The notes beneath the pieces were generated by a model. That model was not told the origin of the DNA. It saw nothing but the letters and a program-made list of their open reading frames with translations, and made no database searches. From Promethearchaeota archaeon (GTDB taxonomy: Archaea > Asgardarchaeota > Lokiarchaeia > Sigyniarchaeales > SOKP01): a stretch of 64,000 nucleotides of DNA. Positions 45,706 to 54,637 of this stretch are shown in pieces; the stretch's first letter is position 1; each line of letters begins with the position of its first letter. Location of the stretch: NCBI GenBank assembly GCA_016839705.1, contig JAEOTR010000032.1:17731-81730 (forward strand), given 5' to 3'. A program made the position numbers and the translations under genes.

Positions 45706-46218
45706 GTGCCAATAATATCAATTGAAGTTAAAGGGGAGGTTAAAACACCAAAAATAGATCCTTCATCATGGGTTTCTGAATCCGCTTGGGTTATTGGTGA
45801 TGTTACAATTGGCCCTGAAAACGTGATTTATCAAGGAGTAATAATTCGTGGGGATTTTGCTAAAGTAGAGATTGGGGCTAAGAATGTTTTTCAAGACGCC
45901 TGTATCATAAATACTGCAGAGGGGTTTAAAACTACGATAGGGGATAATAATTTAATAGGATTTGGTGCCATAGTCCATGGTGCTACTATCAAAAATAATA
46001 CAGTAATAGGCATCCAGTCAGTGGTAATGATTACCGTAATTGTTGAAGATGACTCCATGGTTGGAGCTACTTCTTTTGTAGGAATGGGAAAGAAAGTACC
46101 AACTGGAAAAAAATGGATTGGTCGTGAAATAAAAGGCGATAATAATCAAGGGAAAATGTGGGAAGCAGGAAGACAATCATGGCGTAAAATGGGACTTGCT
46201 ATGAAGGTTCAGAAATAA
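45706..46218 (+). CDS. Gamma-carbonic-anhydrase-like LbH protein
   Basis: PKIDPSSWVSESAWVIGDVTIGPENVIYQGVIIRGD..., 170 aa, soluble. GTG start. Confidence 0.75.
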   Translation: MPIISIEVKGEVKTPKIDPSSWVSESAWVIGDVTIGPENVIYQGVIIRGDFAKVEIGAKNVFQDACIINTAEGFKTTIGDNNLIGFGAIVHGATIKNNTVIGIQSVVMITVIVEDDSMVGATSFVGMGKKVPTGKKWIGREIKGDNNQGKMWEAGRQSWRKMGLAMKVQK

Positions 46219-46267
46219 AAACCTTAATCTTTTTTTTATTCATTAAAATTATCCTAATTATTATTTC

Positions 46268-46285
46268 AAATAATAATAATAATAA
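46268..46285. repeat. (AAT)6 microsatellite
   Basis: aataataataataataat lies in the intergenic region 46219-46387. Confidence 0.9.
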
Positions 46286-46387
46286 TAAGACCATTAGAAC
46301 TATTGCTGATAATTCAAATTATAGTTAAGTTTTATTAATAATTTGAAAACGTAAAATTTTAGTTTGGTAATTTATTAAAATTATTAA

Positions 46388-47488
46388 ATGAGTGAAGGAA
46401 AAGAACGTACTTTTTTAGTGGGAATTTTTGGGGATAATTTCGAACAAAGAAAACTATTAGGACAGGCTTTAGGTGCCCCAGGAACAAGTTCAGATATACA
46501 ATTTTATAATAGATTAGATTCTCAATTGGGACACGTATTTACCGCTTTGACTCCAATCGACTATCCCGAAAAACTTAAGCCCTTATTACAAACACTAATA
46601 CTAACTAATATCCATATTTTAGTAATTGATATCGAGGTTGGTTTAAATGCATCTGTAGGAGAGATTTTAGTGGGAATGGATTTATCCCAAAAGATGTCTA
46701 ACACAAAATCAATAATTGTGCTTTCTGGGATTACATCTAAGACAGAATGGAAGCTACAGGATATTAAGAAAAAGATAGACAATGTACTAAATAATACCAC
46801 TCTTCAAGGAATCGATATTATTGAAATAAGACAGAAAGAAGAATACAACTCATTAAAAAAAAAAATTATAGAACTAGCCAGCGAAATACCCAGAAATGAT
46901 TTAGAAACTTCAACGTACTCAAAAGTATTAATAGATCATGCATTTTCAGTAAAAGGAATTGGTACTGTTATCCTCGGAATCGTTAAAAAAGGGACAATAC
47001 ATTCAAACCAAATGCTAGAATTAACAGGAAATCACGGAACAATCAAAAAAATTATTATCAGAAGTATCCAAAAACATGATAGGGTTTTTAAAGAAGCCTA
47101 TGAAGGAGATAGAGTAGGGTTAGCATTAAAGGGAAATGTATCCCCAGATGAAATTAGTAGAGACAACATAATTACATCTCAAGGCACCTTTAAAGGAGAG
47201 GAAGAAGTAACCGCTAAAATTTACATAAACCAATTCTATAAACCTAAAGGTGGAGTTATCATCCCAGGGGATTTAACAGAATATCATGGTATAGTCGAAA
47301 TTAAAAGCACTCCCTTGAAGATAATCGAAGGGGATCAATTAAATCCAGGAGACTCTGGAATAGTAAATTTGAGGTTTAGTAAACCATTATATCATGATGG
47401 AAGTGGTATAAAGGGATTAATTTGTGAATTAAACCGTTTTCAAAATAAATTAAGAATAATTGGACATTTTAAACAATTATCAAATTAA
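46388..47488 (+). CDS. EF-Tu/SelB-fold protein with eroded GTP-binding motifs
   Basis: Domain II signature IDHAFSVKGIGTVILGIVKKGTIHSNQMLEL is present. G1 is GIFGDNFEQRK (no GK[ST]), G3 is IDYPEK (no DxPGH), and no NKxD is present. Confidence 0.7.
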   Translation: MSEGKERTFLVGIFGDNFEQRKLLGQALGAPGTSSDIQFYNRLDSQLGHVFTALTPIDYPEKLKPLLQTLILTNIHILVIDIEVGLNASVGEILVGMDLSQKMSNTKSIIVLSGITSKTEWKLQDIKKKIDNVLNNTTLQGIDIIEIRQKEEYNSLKKKIIELASEIPRNDLETSTYSKVLIDHAFSVKGIGTVILGIVKKGTIHSNQMLELTGNHGTIKKIIIRSIQKHDRVFKEAYEGDRVGLALKGNVSPDEISRDNIITSQGTFKGEEEVTAKIYINQFYKPKGGVIIPGDLTEYHGIVEIKSTPLKIIEGDQLNPGDSGIVNLRFSKPLYHDGSGIKGLICELNRFQNKLRIIGHFKQLSN

Positions 47489-47545
47489 TCGTAATTCTTG
47501 TTTTACATTTAAGTGAATTAAGAAAATTAGTAAAACTAGTGGATC

Positions 47546-50236
47546 TCAATTCTTTAGCATATTTCTTAAAACGGTATGTAAGATTCCACCATTTCGGTAA
47601 TATTGAATGTCAATCGGACTGTCCAATCTTACTATTGCCTTGAATTTTACCTCATTGCGATCATTTTTTTTAGCTGTTATCTCAACTTCAGAAAAAGGTT
47701 GAATATCTTTAATTCCAACTATATCATACTTTTCAGTACCGTCTAAACCTAAAATTTCAGAATTCTCACCTTGTTTGAATTGTAAAGGTATAACACCCAT
47801 CCCTACTAGATTACTTCTATGGATACGTTCAAACGATTCAGCAATAACTGCTTTGACACCCAGTAGTTGAGTACCCTTGGCTGCCCAATCTCTAGAACTA
47901 CCCATCCCATAATCTTTACCAGCTATGACGACTAATGGAATTTCTTTTGAGATATAATCCATAGCAGCATCAAAAATAGGAACTGTTTCCTGAGAAATGA
48001 AATTTTTAGTCCATCCACCTTCTTTATCTACTAACTTATTTCTAATTCTAATATTCCCAAAAGTACCCCGCATCATGACTTCATGATTTCCGCGTCGGGA
48101 ACCATAAGAGTTGAAGTTTTTCACTTCAATCCCTTGTGACATGAGATACTTTCCTGCAGGCATATCTTCTGGGATATTACCCGCGGGTGAGATATGATCA
48201 GTGGTTACACTCTCTCCCACAATGGCAAGAACTCGTGCTCCTTCTATATCTGGAAGAATTGGTTTTTCCAAAGGAAAATCTATGAAGAACGGTGGTTCTC
48301 TTATATAAGTCGAAGTATCTTCCCATTGATAGACTTTTTCTTTTGGGGGTTTTAATTCATTCCATAAGTCCCAACCTTTAAAGATCTCGCTGTATTCTTT
48401 AATAAATAATTGAGGCTTAACAAATTTAGCACTTAACTCAGCAATTTTTTTTGAGTTTGGCCAAATATCCTTCAAAAAAACAGGATTCCCATCGGGATCA
48501 TATCCTAATGGCTCTTTATCCATGTTTATTGCGACAGTACCAGCCAAAGCAAAAGCTATAACTAAAGGGGGGGAAGCAAGATAATTTACTCTTGTGTGTG
48601 GATTAATTCTTCCTTCAAAATTTCGATTTCCGCTGAGAACTGATGCTACTACTAAATTTTTTTTCTGAATTTCAGCAACAACCTCATTTTTTAGTGGACC
48701 ACTATTTCCAATACAAGTTGTACAACCAAATCCCACTAAGTAGAAACCTAATTCTTCTAGATAATGGAATAATCCTGCTTCTTTTAAATAATCAATAACA
48801 ACTCGAGATCCTGGAGCAAAACTAGTTTTAACAAAACTTTTCACTTTTAAACCTTTTTCTATTGCATTTCTCGCTAGAAGCGCAGCTCCGATCATTACAG
48901 ATGGGTTTGATGTATTAGTACAAGAAGTAATGGCAGCAATTACAACGGAACTATGATTTAAGCTATTCCCATCTGATATTTTTTCAAGTTCATCACTCTT
49001 ACCAAGTGTTGTTTTCATATGTTCTACAAAGCTTATCTTCATCTGACGTAATGGAATACGATCTTGAGGACGTGTTGGACCTGCTAAACTTGGTTCGATT
49101 TCACTAAGGTTGATCTCTAAATCCTCACTATAATTTGGTAAGGGTGTATCATCGGTATAGTAAAGCCCAACTCTCCTTGCATATTGTTCAACAAAATCAA
49201 CATATTCTTCTTTTCTTCCACTATTTCTTAAATAATTCAATGTTTCTTCCGTAATGGGAAAGTATCCCATTGTTGCACCATATTCGGGAGACATGTTTGC
49301 AATGGTTGCTCTATCTGCAAGGCGTAAATTATTTAATCCTGAACCGTAAAATTCAACAAACTTACCGACTACTCCATGATTTCTAAGAGTTTGTGTAATA
49401 GCTAATACGATATCCGTAGCAGTTATACCTTCTTTAACCTCCCCTGTCAGTTTCACCCCCACAACTTTGGGAACATTCATATAAATAGGTTGTCCTAAAA
49501 TGACAGCTTCAGCCTCTATACCTCCTACACCCCATCCAAAAACAGATAAAGCATTTATCATTGTTGTATGGGAATCTGTCCCAACTAAAGTATCGGGATA
49601 TCCATTTAATTCACCATTTTTTTCTCTGATATGAACAACCGATGCCAAATACTCTAAATTAACTTGATGACAAATTCCTCTACTCGTAGGTACAACCCTA
49701 AAATTTTTAAATTCAGCTTGTGCCCATTTTAGAAATTTATAACGTTCTTGATTACGATCCATTTCTACTTTTTCATTTAATTCCCTAGCGTCTTTGGATC
49801 CATAATAATCAACTTGAACTGAATGATCAATAACCAGATCTACGGGTATTTTAGGATTGATATCTGAAGGTTCCCCACCTGCTCTCTTGATTGCTGATCT
49901 CAGAGCCGTTAAATCCACTACTGAGGGAACTCCGGTAAAATCTTGTAATAATACTCTTGATGGAATATAGGGTACTTCACTTATTATATCACTTTTAGAA
50001 TCCCATTGACATATTGTGAGTAAATGATCCATTTTCACACGTTTACCATCTAAATGTCTTAAAAGATTCTCTAATAATATCCTAAGGGAATATGGTAATT
50101 TGTTTGGATCACCTAATTGTAAATCCTTTAATTTCTGAATATTGTAAATCAAAACTTCTCCTACTTTGGATTTAATTATTTCTTTAACCTTGGATTTAAT
50201 TTCTTTCTCATCCATAATTCTCACACTGTAATCCAA
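47546..50236 (-). CDS. acnA: Aconitate hydratase A (AcnA/IRP type)
   Basis: 896 aa. GTDSHTTM, ITSCTNTSNP, GCTTCIGNSGP, GKDYGMGSSRDWAAKG. TTG 50236 or ATG 50215 could be the start. Confidence 0.9.
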   Translation of the reverse strand: MDYSVRIMDEKEIKSKVKEIIKSKVGEVLIYNIQKLKDLQLGDPNKLPYSLRILLENLLRHLDGKRVKMDHLLTICQWDSKSDIISEVPYIPSRVLLQDFTGVPSVVDLTALRSAIKRAGGEPSDINPKIPVDLVIDHSVQVDYYGSKDARELNEKVEMDRNQERYKFLKWAQAEFKNFRVVPTSRGICHQVNLEYLASVVHIREKNGELNGYPDTLVGTDSHTTMINALSVFGWGVGGIEAEAVILGQPIYMNVPKVVGVKLTGEVKEGITATDIVLAITQTLRNHGVVGKFVEFYGSGLNNLRLADRATIANMSPEYGATMGYFPITEETLNYLRNSGRKEEYVDFVEQYARRVGLYYTDDTPLPNYSEDLEINLSEIEPSLAGPTRPQDRIPLRQMKISFVEHMKTTLGKSDELEKISDGNSLNHSSVVIAAITSCTNTSNPSVMIGAALLARNAIEKGLKVKSFVKTSFAPGSRVVIDYLKEAGLFHYLEELGFYLVGFGCTTCIGNSGPLKNEVVAEIQKKNLVVASVLSGNRNFEGRINPHTRVNYLASPPLVIAFALAGTVAINMDKEPLGYDPDGNPVFLKDIWPNSKKIAELSAKFVKPQLFIKEYSEIFKGWDLWNELKPPKEKVYQWEDTSTYIREPPFFIDFPLEKPILPDIEGARVLAIVGESVTTDHISPAGNIPEDMPAGKYLMSQGIEVKNFNSYGSRRGNHEVMMRGTFGNIRIRNKLVDKEGGWTKNFISQETVPIFDAAMDYISKEIPLVVIAGKDYGMGSSRDWAAKGTQLLGVKAVIAESFERIHRSNLVGMGVIPLQFKQGENSEILGLDGTEKYDIVGIKDIQPFSEVEITAKKNDRNEVKFKAIVRLDSPIDIQYYRNGGILHTVLRNMLKN

Positions 50237-50239
50237 ATA

Positions 50240-51502
50240 CTATCGGTTGTCAATATTCTCATATTTTTTATCTAATTCACCTATGTATCTAAGTCGGGGT
50301 CTTATAAGTTTATTGTCTGAAAGTTGTTCAATAGCATGTGCAACCCACCCAGCGCTACGAGAAGCAGCAAAAAGCGGTGTAAATAACGCTGTTGGTATAC
50401 CTAATGCGTGTAAAGCCCCCGCAGAATATAGGTCAACATTTGGATAAATGTTTTTTGTCTTAATCATAAAATCTGTAAGGATTTCTGTCATTTCATAGAT
50501 ATTGTCTATTTCACCTTTATGTTCCTCATGCTGTATATCTGGAATCTTCTCTACGACATCAAGGTTACTCCATAAGTCCTTAGATATTTCACGTAAGATT
50601 TTAGCACGGGGATCCCACGTCTTATAAACTCGATGTCCAAAACCCATTATTTTTTCTTTTTTTTCCAACTTAGATTGTGCCCAAGGGATTACATTTTCCT
50701 TATTCTTAACTTCTCCTAACATTGCGTTCATTACTCTTTCATTGGCACCTCCATGAAGAGGTCCTCGAAGTGTTCCAATAGCACTTGTAATACCACTATA
50801 GATGTCTGATAAGGTTGAGACAGTAACCCTGCAAGAGAAAGTACTACTGTTGATCGAGTGGTCCATATGACAAATTAATATTTTATCAAAATATCTAGTA
50901 AAATCATTATTAGGCACTTCTCCTGTCATCATATAGTAATAATTACATGCATGAGAAAGATCTTCTGAAGGCTCTATTAGAGGTAGATTACCTTGGATTC
51001 TGTGAGAAAAAGCTAAAACCGTTGGTATTTTCGCAATAATTCTTATTCCTTTTCTTATATTTGCTTCCTCTGAAAAGTCATAATCATCTGGATCATAAAG
51101 AGATAATGCCGAAACTGAAGTCCTTAATAACTCTATTCTAGTAGTATTTCTTGGAAAGCTTTTTAAAATTGTTAAAATATTATCAGGAATATTTCTTTCC
51201 TTAATCATTTCATCATTAAAAGCTTTTAATTCTAATTTCGAAGGTAGTTTTCCATATATTAATAAATATGCGACTTCTTCAAATGAAGAATTATTAACTA
51301 AATCTTGTAAAGGATAACCTCGATAGTACAGTTCTCCTCTTATACCATCTATGTATGTAATATAGCTTTCATCCACATAGATCCCAATTAATCCTTTATA
51401 GGTCTTAGCCTGGTCAAGTTCACACATTTTAGGCTCTTCTTCTTTGTAATCCTCGCACGCAAATGAGTCTGTTGTCTCACAAATTTCTAATTCGCGATCC
51501 AT
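50240..51502 (-). CDS. gltA: Citrate synthase
   Basis: GPLHGGANE, MGFGHRVYKTWDPRA, DLYSGA-type C-terminal region. Lies directly upstream of acnA on the same strand. Confidence 0.9.
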   Translation of the reverse strand: MDRELEICETTDSFACEDYKEEEPKMCELDQAKTYKGLIGIYVDESYITYIDGIRGELYYRGYPLQDLVNNSSFEEVAYLLIYGKLPSKLELKAFNDEMIKERNIPDNILTILKSFPRNTTRIELLRTSVSALSLYDPDDYDFSEEANIRKGIRIIAKIPTVLAFSHRIQGNLPLIEPSEDLSHACNYYYMMTGEVPNNDFTRYFDKILICHMDHSINSSTFSCRVTVSTLSDIYSGITSAIGTLRGPLHGGANERVMNAMLGEVKNKENVIPWAQSKLEKKEKIMGFGHRVYKTWDPRAKILREISKDLWSNLDVVEKIPDIQHEEHKGEIDNIYEMTEILTDFMIKTKNIYPNVDLYSAGALHALGIPTALFTPLFAASRSAGWVAHAIEQLSDNKLIRPRLRYIGELDKKYENIDNR

Positions 51503-51648
51503 TTATTTTCCCTTATGTTTGTAACCTTAAAATTACCTTAATGTAAATTAAGCAAATATTTAATTCTTAGGCTTTTAAAACATTAATCTCAAGTGTTTAT
51601 GATTTATTAGGAAATCCTTTAAGTTTAGGAAAGATATCTATTTTAATT

Positions 51649-52163
51649 ATGACTGAAATACATATTTCGACGCCAAACAAGGGATTAACATTAGGGATTA
51701 GAGCACCCATGATTGATACAGAAGACATTGATGGAGATAAGATTAATTTATCTGAATTATTAAAGAAGCACAATGGTGTTTTACTTGATTTGTTTAGAGG
51801 GAGTTGGTGAATTCATTGCAAAAGGCACCTCAAATATTTAACTGAGAACCTGTCAGTTTTAAAGAAATACAATGTCAAATTAATATCTATCGGGATAGAT
51901 CTACCCGATAAACTAATAAAAATGAAATATAAAAACAATTTCAGGATACAATTTATAACAGATCGAGCAGGTAGAATTAGTAAAGCTTATAATGTATTTT
52001 TGGATAGAAAGAGTGCTGGACATGACGGTTTACAAATAAGCCATGCGATACCATCAAATTTCTTATTAACACAGAAGGAAATATAGTATGGCAATATATT
52101 GGAACAAAAACAGACAGACCTACAATAGAATTAATTGTAGAAGCAATCGAAAAATATCTATAA
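51649..52163 (+). pseudogene. AhpC/TSA (Prx-like) thioredoxin-fold protein with TGA at the active-site Cys position and a 1-nt frameshift near the 3' end
   Basis: Manual translation from ATG 51649: ...GVLLDLFRGSW-TGA(51808-51810)-IHCKRHLKYLTENLSVLKKYNVKLISIGID.... Frame 1 stops at TAG 52084-52086. The conserved C-terminus TEGNIVWQYIGTKTDRPTIELIVEAIEKYL continues in another frame to TAA 52161-52163. Confidence 0.6.
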
Positions 52164-52170
52164 TTTAAAA

Positions 52171-52238
52171 TCCCGTTAAGGATGAATTATGTGCATAAAT
52201 GATTGGCATATAATGACAACCTCGCAAGGATTCTGGGA
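52171..52238 (+). promoter_or_regulatory. Candidate SECIS-like stem-loop in the 3' region of the TGA-containing gene
   Basis: A 9-bp helix pairs 52186-52194 with 52206-52214, and the 11-nt loop is AUAAAUGAUUG. ATGA (52182-52185) and GA (52215-52216) are placed to form tandem G.A pairs. An outer helix pairs TCCCG 52171-52175 with TGGGA 52234-52238. Confidence 0.3.
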
Positions 52239-52248
52239 AGTTACTTGG

Positions 52249-52256
52249 TTTTTTTT
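52249..52256 (+). terminator. Oligo-T tract (T8) between convergent genes
   Basis: The T8 run follows the stem-loop region and precedes the stop of the minus-strand gene at 52271. Confidence 0.3.
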
Positions 52257-52270
52257 ACAATTTTAAAAAT

Positions 52271-53095
52271 TTATTTATGTCCTTTAAGTAAATTTTTGAT
52301 CATTTTCAATAATTTATCATATTCTAAAGGAATTGGTTCACGAAGGCGTGTGGCAAATATTGCAAGATCCCATTTCTTGATCTCTTCCATAGAAGTATCA
52401 GACAGTTCTAAATAATGCTTAAGGTAAATGTTAGCAAAACGAGATCTTATTGCATTGAGAAAGAATCTAGTTATAAAATTCTTTTTTTTATCATAGGGAC
52501 TTGTTCCGTATTTTAAGACATAATAAGTTCTGGCAACATCACTATTTGGATTACCTGAATATGCATTAGACCAATCAAGTATGTATAAATTATTTTTCGA
52601 GATGATGATATTATCAGGATGATAATCTCCGTGGCAAATTTTTTTCCCCTCAGGTAATTTCTCAACATAATTAATAATCTCTTGTTTTTGATCATCATCT
52701 AACAGATTCGTTTGACGAATCATTAGTTTAAAAAAATCTACAAGAGTGTTTATATCATGTATTTCATGTTTATGCATCTCAACGTGAACTTCTGCCAGTT
52801 TTCTAAGAACATTCCCTATAATTTTTTTATTTTTTCGCATTAATTCCATCAAAGTTACTCCTTCTATATATTCGTAAAGGATACCTATTCTACCGTTTTC
52901 TTCGATTTTCTCGTAAGTTTTGGGACAATGATTTGGAAACACATTACCAATCAATGTATCTACTTTAAATTGATAATCTATTATATGCCCTGGAAAATCC
53001 TTGTAGAATAGTTTTAAAACTCTGTTATTATCCCAATATAGTACTTCTGCAGCCCTTCCTTTCCCAATAAGGTCTCCTTTTTCCATTTTTACCAC
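52271..53095 (-). CDS. Aminoglycoside/choline-kinase-type phosphotransferase (APH family)
   Basis: IGKGRAAEV (Gly-rich loop region), CHGDYHPDNIII (HGDxxxxN), YILDWSNA (DxS/D). Confidence 0.8.
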   Translation of the reverse strand: MVKMEKGDLIGKGRAAEVLYWDNNRVLKLFYKDFPGHIIDYQFKVDTLIGNVFPNHCPKTYEKIEENGRIGILYEYIEGVTLMELMRKNKKIIGNVLRKLAEVHVEMHKHEIHDINTLVDFFKLMIRQTNLLDDDQKQEIINYVEKLPEGKKICHGDYHPDNIIISKNNLYILDWSNAYSGNPNSDVARTYYVLKYGTSPYDKKKNFITRFFLNAIRSRFANIYLKHYLELSDTSMEEIKKWDLAIFATRLREPIPLEYDKLLKMIKNLLKGHK

Positions 53096-53247
53096 TGAAA
53101 TTAAGTGTTATTTAGTGAAAGCACTTTCAAAAAGATAGAATTAACCATATTTTAATAATCTTTAATCTAATATATGTGAAGAGACATTTCTCAATCTCTT
53201 ACAATTCGGTGTTTAAAATATTAAGATTTAAAAATAAATAAAACTTA

Positions 53248-53544
53248 ATGATTAGCAATTCAACTTTAAAGGTAAGTGTAAATAATATGGATAAAATAGT
53301 AAAAATTGAATTGGCAAAAAAAGCTTTGCTTTTTATCTTTGTATTAATAGCTACATTCAGCTTGTTCATGCTTTTCGGTAGTTATTTCATCAGTGAACTT
53401 TCTAGCATTTTCTCTACTAGCACTTCTTTCATCTTAGTGTTCGTAATGATTATATTTGCGATTGTAGTAAAATATATAGGAGACATTATAATTGTAGCGT
53501 TAGATAGAGATAGATTAAATGAGAAAAAACTTGTATCCGATTAA
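53248..53544 (+). CDS. Hypothetical two-TM small protein
   Basis: 98-aa ORF with two hydrophobic helices. No motif recognised. Confidence 0.4.
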   Translation: MISNSTLKVSVNNMDKIVKIELAKKALLFIFVLIATFSLFMLFGSYFISELSSIFSTSTSFILVFVMIIFAIVVKYIGDIIIVALDRDRLNEKKLVSD

Positions 53545-53557
53545 AAAATAATTATTT

Positions 53558-54619
53558 TTAATAAGTTTCATATAAAATATCTGAAGAAACATCGTTCAAA
53601 GTCATACAATTCGTCATCCTCATTGCTTTTTGAAGGGTTTTTTGCATATATTCCATATGAATTTTTACACCCTCAGCACCCGCACCTACTGCGGCTCGAA
53701 TAATATCTCGTCCAATTAGAACAGATTCAGCACCGAGAGCAAGCATTTTAAGAACATCATAACCTGTACGAATACCACCATCTACTATAATTTTTATCTT
53801 ACCATTAATTTGTAAGGAAATTTCTTTGAGAACATCTGCTGTTCCTGGAGTATGATCTAATACACGACCACCATGATTAGATACGACTATAGCTGCCGCT
53901 CCTACATCTACTGCTTTTAATGCATCTTCAGCACACATTACACCTTTAATTATGACTGGTAAGCTAGTAGCAGAGACTAATTCCTTGAGACTTTTCAATG
54001 ATTTTTTGAACACTGGTTTGTTATGAGTAGCCATTGCGTATGATCCACAACCATCTATATCTACACCTACAGCAACGCATCCAACTTCTTCAGCTTTTTT
54101 AAAAAACTTAATTATTGTCTCTTGTTTTCTAGGTTTTACAATTTTAACTCCAAATCCATCAGCTTCAGCAATAGCATTAATACCATATGAATTTTCAAGA
54201 GAATAGGTATAAGTATCCCCCCTCCATCCTAAAGTCCCGGCAGCTTTACATCCCTGAACAACAGCATGGCAAAATCCTGATTCAGTTATAACACTATCAC
54301 CCCCAAAACTATTTACTCCTGCAACACTAGCAGCCATAATAGGCATCGTAAGGTTCATCCCAAAGAAATCATAAAAAGTATTGGGATGAATGTCTTTTTC
54401 AATCAATTCCATTTTAAGATTGTGCTTTCTTAGGGCTAAGAAATTGTTATGAAAACTAGTTCCACTTCCAATACCTCCAATACCCAAAGCCCTCCCATAG
54501 CTCTGCCCTTGACAGAGCCTACGTGGATCACCATCACAATCTTTATATACACCACAAATTCCTTTTAACTTCTCTCTAGCAATATTTCGAACATCTTCTA
54601 ATGTTTTAATCTCACTCAA
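53558..54619 (-). CDS. FMN-dependent alpha-hydroxy-acid dehydrogenase/oxidase family protein
   Basis: VVSNHGGRVLD, VIIKGV, IVDGGIRTGYDVLKMLALGA. TTG start. Confidence 0.8.
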   Translation of the reverse strand: MSEIKTLEDVRNIAREKLKGICGVYKDCDGDPRRLCQGQSYGRALGIGGIGSGTSFHNNFLALRKHNLKMELIEKDIHPNTFYDFFGMNLTMPIMAASVAGVNSFGGDSVITESGFCHAVVQGCKAAGTLGWRGDTYTYSLENSYGINAIAEADGFGVKIVKPRKQETIIKFFKKAEEVGCVAVGVDIDGCGSYAMATHNKPVFKKSLKSLKELVSATSLPVIIKGVMCAEDALKAVDVGAAAIVVSNHGGRVLDHTPGTADVLKEISLQINGKIKIIVDGGIRTGYDVLKMLALGAESVLIGRDIIRAAVGAGAEGVKIHMEYMQKTLQKAMRMTNCMTLNDVSSDILYETY

Positions 54620-54637
54620 TTAGGCTCACTCCTAAAG

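Noticed and set aside
45706-46218. Gamma-carbonic-anhydrase-like LbH protein, considered as a fourth member of the membrane LbH system.
   Set aside because: It has no TM hairpin, no HKPKEG/WSLR collar and no GWxYxGxPA cap. Its N-terminus is the standard soluble gamma-CA pattern.
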